NCBI GenBank assembly: GCA_951406725.2
Contig: OX597819.1
Span: 92,690,001 to 92,754,000, forward strand
Source: Octopus vulgaris
Lineage: Eukaryota
Length of the DNA stretch: 64,000 nucleotides
Reading direction: 5' to 3'
Part shown: positions 56,477 to 64,000 of the stretch, piece after piece
Numbering within the stretch: the stretch's first letter is position 1
Layout of the letters: each line of letters opens with the position of its first letter
Translations under genes and position numbers: made by a program
The notes under the pieces: generated by a model
The model's input: only the letters and a program-made list of their open reading frames with translations
Told to the model about the DNA's origin: nothing
Databases searched by the model: none

Positions 56477-56971
56477 CATATATATGTATGTGTATATACA
56501 TGTATATATGTATATATATGTATATATATACATATATGTATATATATATATATTATATATATATAAACCAGCGCCACGAGACCATCGTTGTCTTTGTCTG
56601 CCGTAAAAGGCATTTTTTTCCAAATACGCCAGCTAAACTAAGTTGTACAGTCTTTAGTCGTAAGACACCCGCTGTTTTTGTCCTGTTATTACTATTATTG
56701 ATTGTTGTATTTATATTCGTGTGGCATCGTCCGTTTTTCTGTCCTTGTTTCGTATACATTCGATCCTTTTTCCAAGAAATCTAATGCTCGTAGCTTAGTT
56801 TTTCCTTGGGGCTGGCCGGATCGGAGCGATCTCAAGATTAATCAGCCGAAATTGCGAGGATGATCCGGTTCTTGACTGAAGATGGAAGGCTTCGAATGTC
56901 CCGTCCGTGTTTTTTGTATCGTCTTCTAAATGTTTTACCTTCTTGTCCCAGTTTGTATTTTTCTACATATA

Positions 56972-57011
<40 letters not shown>

Positions 57012-57181
57012 CACATGCATCCACACACACATACACGCACACACGCATACATAGTCAATTTAAAGAAATTGTCAATAAACGAATAAAACGGACAACATAA
57101 GGACGTGCATAAAAATCATATTAGCATGACGCTCGGTGAAAAGAAATCTCCAACGGCACAAATGTAGCCCCATTGCTGATT

Positions 57182-57288
<107 letters not shown>

Positions 57289-59000
57289 TGAAACTATCTA
57301 TTAGACTCATATGCACAACAAAATTGGACCTGGGAAAAATTAGCAAGTTTATACTAGATAGAATCATACCTAAAATCAGAAATAAAGTTAACCTCCTTCT
57401 ATGGAACTTTACGGGAGTGTAATTACATGGTTTAATGCTATTGTCGATAAAGAACACCCATTTTCATACAATTTGATATCTCCAGCTATTATGCATCCAT
57501 CTCACCTATTCTTCTAAATAAAGCATTAATATTTGCCCGTAATTTTGTCAACATTTCTAGGCCAGACATTGGTATAATATTAGCTGCAAGGAAGACTTTA
57601 ATAAACTTTAACAGACATAACTGGATTAGATCTGATTCAATGGATTGTTTTGACATAAATATGGGATCATCAGACTCGACTCAGGTAACTGATCTAGTAG
57701 GCTTATATCTCTTGTCCCAAATAAAAGATAGCTTCTCTAATTATCGGGTGGTGTATGTAGGGATTCCGCGCTCCTTGCTACTAACGGTTTATACAATCCG
57801 AGGGCTGTGAGGATTAAGAAATCCTTGAGAAGATTCCTCCTAGAATTTTTTAACCTTAATATAGTATATGATGCGAACACCAAAGTTATGAATTTCCTAG
57901 ATGTTATATTAAATCTTAATACTAAACTCTATTATCCATATCGGAAGCACTATCAACTAATACAATATATCAATGTTTCCTCAAATCATTCTAAAACTAC
58001 CGTTAATAGTTTGGTCACAGCTATATTGATAAGGTTCTCCAATCTTTCGGCTAATGAGGAAATATTTAATGCGAATGCACCCGTTTATAATCAAGCCTTA
58101 AAATTAAGTGGCTTTAGCAATCAAATTTACTATATACCCGATAGTAAACTTAAAACAAAAGTATCTAACAATAGTAACTCTAAATTAACACTGATACGTC
58201 ACTGGAAAATATAAGTAAAATTAAGCCCTCGGGTAATTATACTTATATTAGATATAATAAAATAGGTTCCAACAATAAAAAATAAATGCTGTGCTCAAGA
58301 ACATGATATATCAAAACTGTCTAAATCTAGGAAGCGTGAAGTAATTTGATTTGACCCATCCCATTCTCCCTTGCTGTTAAAAGTCTACATCCCAAGACAT
58401 AATTTTCCAAAACATCACAAATATTACGCAATATGCAATAAAACTTCTATAAAATTTTCTTATTCCTCAATGCCAAATTTAGGATCAATTATAGCATCCA
58501 TTAATAAGGACAAAATCAAATATCAAGCATTCAAAACATTTAACATTGATATGAAACCAAGTATAAATATTATAAGTATATTCGGAACCCATAATTCATA
58601 TAATTCAACATCAGATGAAAATAACTCCAATTCGTTGATAGCCTTGAATAAGTCCGCCCCCACCCCAAATTATAGATGAGTGCAACAATAAATTGGAAGA
58701 AACATGTAGTTGTAGGAAAAGCGATTTATGCCCGCTTGAAGGATTCTGCCGCCGCAAAAATGTAGTATATAAATGTACGGTAGTATCAGATAAGTATCAG
58801 GATAGAACATATAAAGGTAATGCTGTTGAGTTTAAAAGAAGATACTGAACGCATTTAAATTCATTTACTAACATTAAAAATAAAACTTCTACTACTCTAG
58901 CCTCATATATACATACTTTTAGGAATAATAACATTAATCATAAATGTTTTTGATCTATACTAGCAAACGCCCTCTCCTATAATACTATCAGTAACAATGC
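57289..59000 (+). mobile_element. Penelope-like element (Naiad-like) RT plus GIY-YIG, degraded
   Basis: FIQFDISSYY, FDINMGSSDSTQVTDLVGLYLL, NFLDVILNL..YYPYRK..YINVSSNH, FSYSSMPNL, CSCRKSDLCPLEGFC..VVYKCTV; frameshifts and stops. Confidence 0.85.
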
Positions 59001-61150
59001 CATATCGCGCCATGTTAGGCCTAAGATTTTGCAGAGGCATCTGAGATGGAACATTCTGAGGCACCTTTCCTGTCTGCTGTACAAGGTCCATGTTTCATAT
59101 CCATAGAAGAGTGTGCTGAGAACACATGCTTCATAAATCCTGATCTTTGTCTTGATGTCTAATCTCTTGTTCTTTCATACTCGTTTTGTCAGCCTTCCAA
59201 AAGTTGTTGCTGCCTTCCCTATCCTGGCGTTAATCTTATCCTCAAGTAAAGCATTACAGGAAATGATACACGCTAGTCAGTGGAACATATCCACTGTCAC
59301 AAGCTCTTTGTCATCAAGCTTGATATGGCCTTTCACTTCGCCCACCTAAGTGAGGAAGACTGTCTTCTTAACATTGATGATCAAACCGAAGGACTTGCAT
59401 ACTGATGATAGGTGGGCCATCATTTTTTGTAGAGTTAATTCACTGTGAGCAACAAGTGCCGCATCGTCGGCGAAGAGAAAGTCTCTTATTGTTGCTCTAT
59501 TGATCTTGGTCTTGGCCCGAAGTCTAGAAAGATCAAAGAGTGGCCTATCAGTTCTCCAACAAAAGTAGACATCTCCTGGTGATTCTTGGAATGCATACTG
59601 CAGCAATACAGCAAAGTAAATACTGAAAAGGATTGGTGTTAAGACACAACCTTGTTTTACTCCTCTGTTGATGTTGAAGCTATCTGATATTAAACCTTCA
59701 AACTGAATTATGGCCTTCATGTCATCATGGAACGAAACAATGAGCTGCGGCAGTATTGAGGGACAGCCACATTTTCCAAGCACCATGTACAGTCCTGATC
59801 TGCCGACTGTATCAAATGCCTTTTCTTCATATCGAAAAATGCTATATATAGTGGTAATTGCTGCTCCCGGCATTTTTCTTGTAGTTGACGAATGGAAAAG
59901 ATCATATCCATAGTTGACGGGTTAGATCTAAAACTGCACTGGCTCTCTGGTAGTACTCTTTCTGCTAGCTTCTGAAGTCGTTTCAGAATTATTCTCGCAA
60001 AAGCTTTTCCAGTGATGCTCAGAAGTGAGATGCTTCTGTAGTTATTGCAATCTCCCCTGTCCCCTTTATTTTTGTAGAGAGTGATGATCTTGGGATCTCT
60101 CATATACTGTGGAATTTTTACTTCCAGCCAACACGTCTTTAGTAACTTGTATAAATGTGGATGGAGGGCATCTTTGTTCTCTTTTAACACTTCAGCAGGT
60201 ATATTATCATTTCCAGGTGCTTTTCCGTTTGCAAGTTCATCGATTGCAGTGGAGAGTTCTTCCGTTGGTGGTATATCAAGTTCTGTCATTTCGCGGAGCT
60301 GAGGAATGGCCTCATCAAGCTATCAACATCTTGCACGTTTGTGTACAATTTAGAGTAATGTTCCACCGATCTTTCCATTTGTTCCTTCTTGTCCGTCAGT
60401 TGGTCACCTGTTGCAGACTTGAGAGGTGCCACTCTACTCACTGTTGGTCCGAAAACAACTCTAATCTTCTCATACCTTTTTCCTTGGGACACTGTTGATC
60501 ACATCCTGAAGTTCCTCGTAGAACTGATCTTTCCTCTCATTTTCTGCTGTTAGAATCAGGGCATAGGCACTAATGAGATGGGCCCTTCCAGTTTTAGCCC
60601 CCACTTCCATGATACTGATGCGCTCAGATATGCCTCGAAGAGTACTGATCTTCTTCAGCAATCTGTTGTGTACTGCGAACCACACACCATGGATTCTCTT
60701 CTCATCTTCCCCAAGATCATTTCAGAGGAATGTGTGATTTCTTTCCCTAATGGAACAAAGCCAGCAAGTCTTGTCTCTTGCAAAGTAATGATGTCTACAT
60801 TCAGCCGTGTGAGCTCCCTGTCAATGATTGCCGTTTTCCTTATGTCCGCTGTTTCCGGTTGTCATTGTTCTGACATTCTAGATCCCCAGTTTTAATGGGG
60901 TCAATTTCAATATTCTTCCTCTTTTGCCAGGTGCTGGGCTTAACGTCTGCTTTTCGGTTTTTGTCCTAGCTCCATATACACTTAGCAGTGGACAGACGTG
61001 GTGGATCAGCACCTTACTGACTGGGGACTACCCAGTTTAAGACGGATGGTAGCTGATCAGGTCCCACTTCACTAAATGAGGATGCCTTATAACCCGTAAT
61101 CCGCCACTCCCGTATTTTTTCCCTTGTCTCTTACAGCAAGGATGAAGTGT
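59001..61150 (-). mobile_element. RTE/BovB-like LINE (APE plus RT), 3'-truncated, with deletions
   Basis: DIITLQETRL, ISAYA, KDQFYEEL (APE); GKAPGND, KNKGDRGDCNNYRSISLLS, KAFDTV, GVKQGCVL, LFADDAAL (RT). Confidence 0.92.
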
Positions 61151-61159
61151 CTTCTCCAT

Positions 61160-61800
61160 GTGCTCTATTTTTGTTTTTGCAGCGTCCATCCAGAAATTCT
61201 AAGTCCTTGGCCAAGCTCTGAATGTATGGAGAAGATGCCTTACTCAATTTGCACGATCCCAGTTACGAAAAGACTGGATGTTATAATGTGATGTGAAAGT
61301 AAATCGAGTTATCGATCGCTTATAAAGATAATATGGACGCCGCTCGGTTTCGAAAGATTGACCGTTATGTAAACCTCATCGAGGAATGTGAAGACGCAGG
61401 CTGGAAATCGGAGCATTTTCCAATCGATGTCGGATGTAGAGGATTCATGGAACACAGTGTGAGTCAACTGTTGTTATCGTTAGACCTAACTCATCGTAAA
61501 ATAAATACCATCATGAACGATATCCAAACAACAGTGGAAAAGGCTTGCCAGTGGATTTGGTTAAAAAGAGAATATTGAGCTTTATTTGATATCCAGTTGA
61601 TCTAGCAAGCGAGGCCTCATAACAGTGAAGCGGGGTCGGTGCCGTCGGCAGGTAGGCCCTGAAACGGCGCGCATTCTCTCCTGATGACCCCATACACTTG
61701 CTGGCTTCCGGTATGCAGGGCTTTCGACTGGCAGCACTTGCATGTGTAAGTTGTTTGCAAAACATCAGAATGCCTGAATTGAAATAGCTTAATCCTTGAA
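61160..61800 (+). mobile_element. Hero/NeSL-like RLE LINE 3' end
   Basis: RKIDRYVNLIEECEDAGWKSEHFPIDVGCRGF...EKACQWIWLKR, followed by a GC-richer 3' UTR. Confidence 0.75.
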
Positions 61801-62639
61801 TCAAAACACAATTGGATTACGAATTCAGCTAGACAGATGTATCACAGTTAGTTTGTAAGACGTTGATTTATACTAACTGTTAAAACTTGGCACAAATCAT
61901 TGTAAAATGCTCTTCGTTCTCAACCAATCCAGTATGCTTCGCTGTAGATACATTACTGTTGAATTACAACAGAAGTGACACTTCTTAGCAATGACAATGC
62001 TGTAAATATGATAACTATTTCATTAACATACATTGCTGAGTTCATTCTCCTCTATTAGCTACTGGATAAAGATACATAAACTATAAATATGAGTTAAATC
62101 TGTATACGCAACGTAATGACGAAGCCATGAATGTGTCTCAAAGATTCAACATACGTTGCGGTTGAATATCTGCAGAACCACCTTTATCTATGAAAAGAAC
62201 GAATTATCGCATGGGAAACAGCAACCTATCATTGAAGCAATAAACAAAATCATACAAAATATTATTATAGCCAAAAGAATCTACTCTGCTTTTAAAGATG
62301 TGCAAGCAGAGCAGCAAGGTTAAGAACGTCTCATTGAAACAATATGGTTAAGGATTCAATCCAACTGTGGGCTAACGGAGACAAATATCTTTTCACAAAC
62401 CCTTAATTTAAGAAAAGTTTTGTGAGGGTACGTTGGTGGACAAAAACTCTAGGAATTTGACGAGGGGCGTCCTTGTATTAGCATGGTGGATCTAATCAGT
62501 TAAACACTTCCATGTGTTCGCTTGATGACTACACTGTTGCGAGTTACAGACCAAAACTCCGATAAGGAGGCAACTACCCACGTCAGGGCCTCTCAGAAGT
62601 TTTATGGTCTTTGAAAACGTTAAAGATTTGTTTCTTGGA

Positions 62640-63300
62640 AAATAATCTAAGAGGTTTATTTTTCACATCGTAAGTTTTGCAGAGAAAATAGGTACATGAA
62701 GATCTGAAGCCCTTTGGTTCATAGGCTATTCTCATCGGAGAGGAAGAAGTCTGGAATTTTGGAACTATGCAGTGGTGTCTTGCACAGGTTTTGAATAGAT
62801 ATGAATGCCAATTTGAGGGACCAGTTCCTCCAGAACGTTCCTGATATAGATCACTGCATATTACTACCTTTAATTAATCCATTGGAACAATACCTTGTGT
62901 ACCTTATTTTGCCTCTGCCAAAATTTACTTTTCAGCCAGTACCTTGGATATGTCTGCGTTTTGTCTACGATTTGAATTCATTTGCTGAATTTTTCTTTTG
63001 TATCATCGATTCTCTTTACTATTTTAAATGTTGATGACATTACATCTGTTGGCTGGAATGGTGGCCGTGATGAATTCACTCACGTTTTGTTGTATGTAAT
63101 TCTTTTTGTTATCTTCTGTTACACTAGTTAAGCAAAGTGTGGTGCCTTCATCACTATACCTACTATTTGCATTCAGTACACCAGTAGTCTGATTTGATAT
63201 TCCTGTTTCTATTCCCAAGTAGTGAATTACGAAGGAATTACGAATATATATGAATGAGAATATTCTGCTTCCTTCCTCTTCATCAAAATGTTCACCTTCT
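62640..63300 (-). mobile_element. CR1/L2-group LINE relic (same family as 5590-6230)
   Basis: YAVIYIRNVLEELVPQIGI..HHCIVPK resembles AIIYIWEILEG.VPNVGI..HHCIVQK. Confidence 0.55.
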
Positions 63301-63712
63301 GGAAATTATTGCGTTTTTGTCCTTTCCGATTAGATTTCTAATGCAAGGAGCAGTTCCTTATTAGCGTTTCGTTCCTGCAAATTTTAACCATTATATTTAC
63401 TACTTAGAAGCCACTGGCTGTATCGGGTCAATGAAGAAGATAATTAACTTAATAGATTTGTAAAGCAGAATATTGCCAGGGAATAACTAAAAACCATTTT
63501 CTATGCTAGGTTTTTACAGTAACGTATAAAAGAAACTAGAGTTAAATATTATAATATTAGAATATAAGATTACTTTTTATTTATATTTACTACTTACATC
63601 CTACTACATGAAATTTCAGCAACACGTTTTAAGAACATAATATATGAGAAAATATATATAGAAAAATATTATATTTATTTTAAAATTCCTGCTTAGAACC
63701 CACTGTATAAAT

Positions 63713-63957
63713 CAGCGGTTCTCAGCCGGTGTCCAGATAGCTCTTGGGGGTCAATATAAGATTTTGTGCTATAAATTGGTTATACTTTTACAATACACAA
63801 AATATTTTAATAATCTATTAAATACAATTCCTTATAATATTTAATTATAAGAAAATATAATTTTTTAAACATCGAATGGTTAGGTGAGTCCATCTGAGTA
63901 AAACACGAATCAAAGTGGTCCAAAGGTAAAAAGATGGTTGAGAAACGAGAAACACTG
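63713..63957. mobile_element. hAT (Charlie-like) MITE
   Basis: TIRs CAGCGGTTCTCAGCC / GGTTGAGAAAC..ACTG; imperfect 8-bp TSD GTATAAAT/ATGTAAAT. Confidence 0.6.
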
Positions 63958-64000
63958 ATGTAAATGTTTGTCTTTTATTTATAATTTTAACCTACGTCTC

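Noticed and set aside
56810-56882. HDV-like ribozyme interpretation of the pseudoknot motif
   Set aside because: Segment between B and A' does not fit P3/L3, and there is no conserved catalytic C before B'
58340-58960. In-frame TGA codons in the Naiad-like ORF as possible selenocysteine
   Set aside because: Two fall where Trp is expected (TGG to TGA decay), the copy is frameshifted, and no SECIS was recognised

Overview
Eukaryotic, AT-rich, microsatellite-dense DNA. The SINE families and repeat spectrum point to an octopus (coleoid cephalopod) genome. No host protein-coding gene is confidently supported, and most of the ORF track is translated microsatellite. The window is mostly decayed mobile DNA: two tRNA-derived SINE families, an internally deleted Gypsy LTR element, LINE fragments (CR1/L2-like, RTE, R4/Dong-like, Hero-like), Penelope-like elements (Naiad-like and Neptune-like GIY-YIG), Tc1/mariner, pogo and hAT relics, and a U6 snRNA pseudogene. 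Most of the interesting signal is non-coding. Many 150-900 bp inserts sit in (TA)n tracts and carry hammerhead-ribozyme motifs. Several are head-to-head palindromes with a ribozyme reading outward on each arm, and one is a 360-bp tandem, retrozyme-like unit. Two families show a compensatory U3:A8 core. Five divergent inserts share a covarying triple-helix pseudoknot with GAAA and CUGANGA in non-canonical order, a candidate undescribed ribozyme or structured RNA. All RNA structures were folded by eye and none is experimentally shown.
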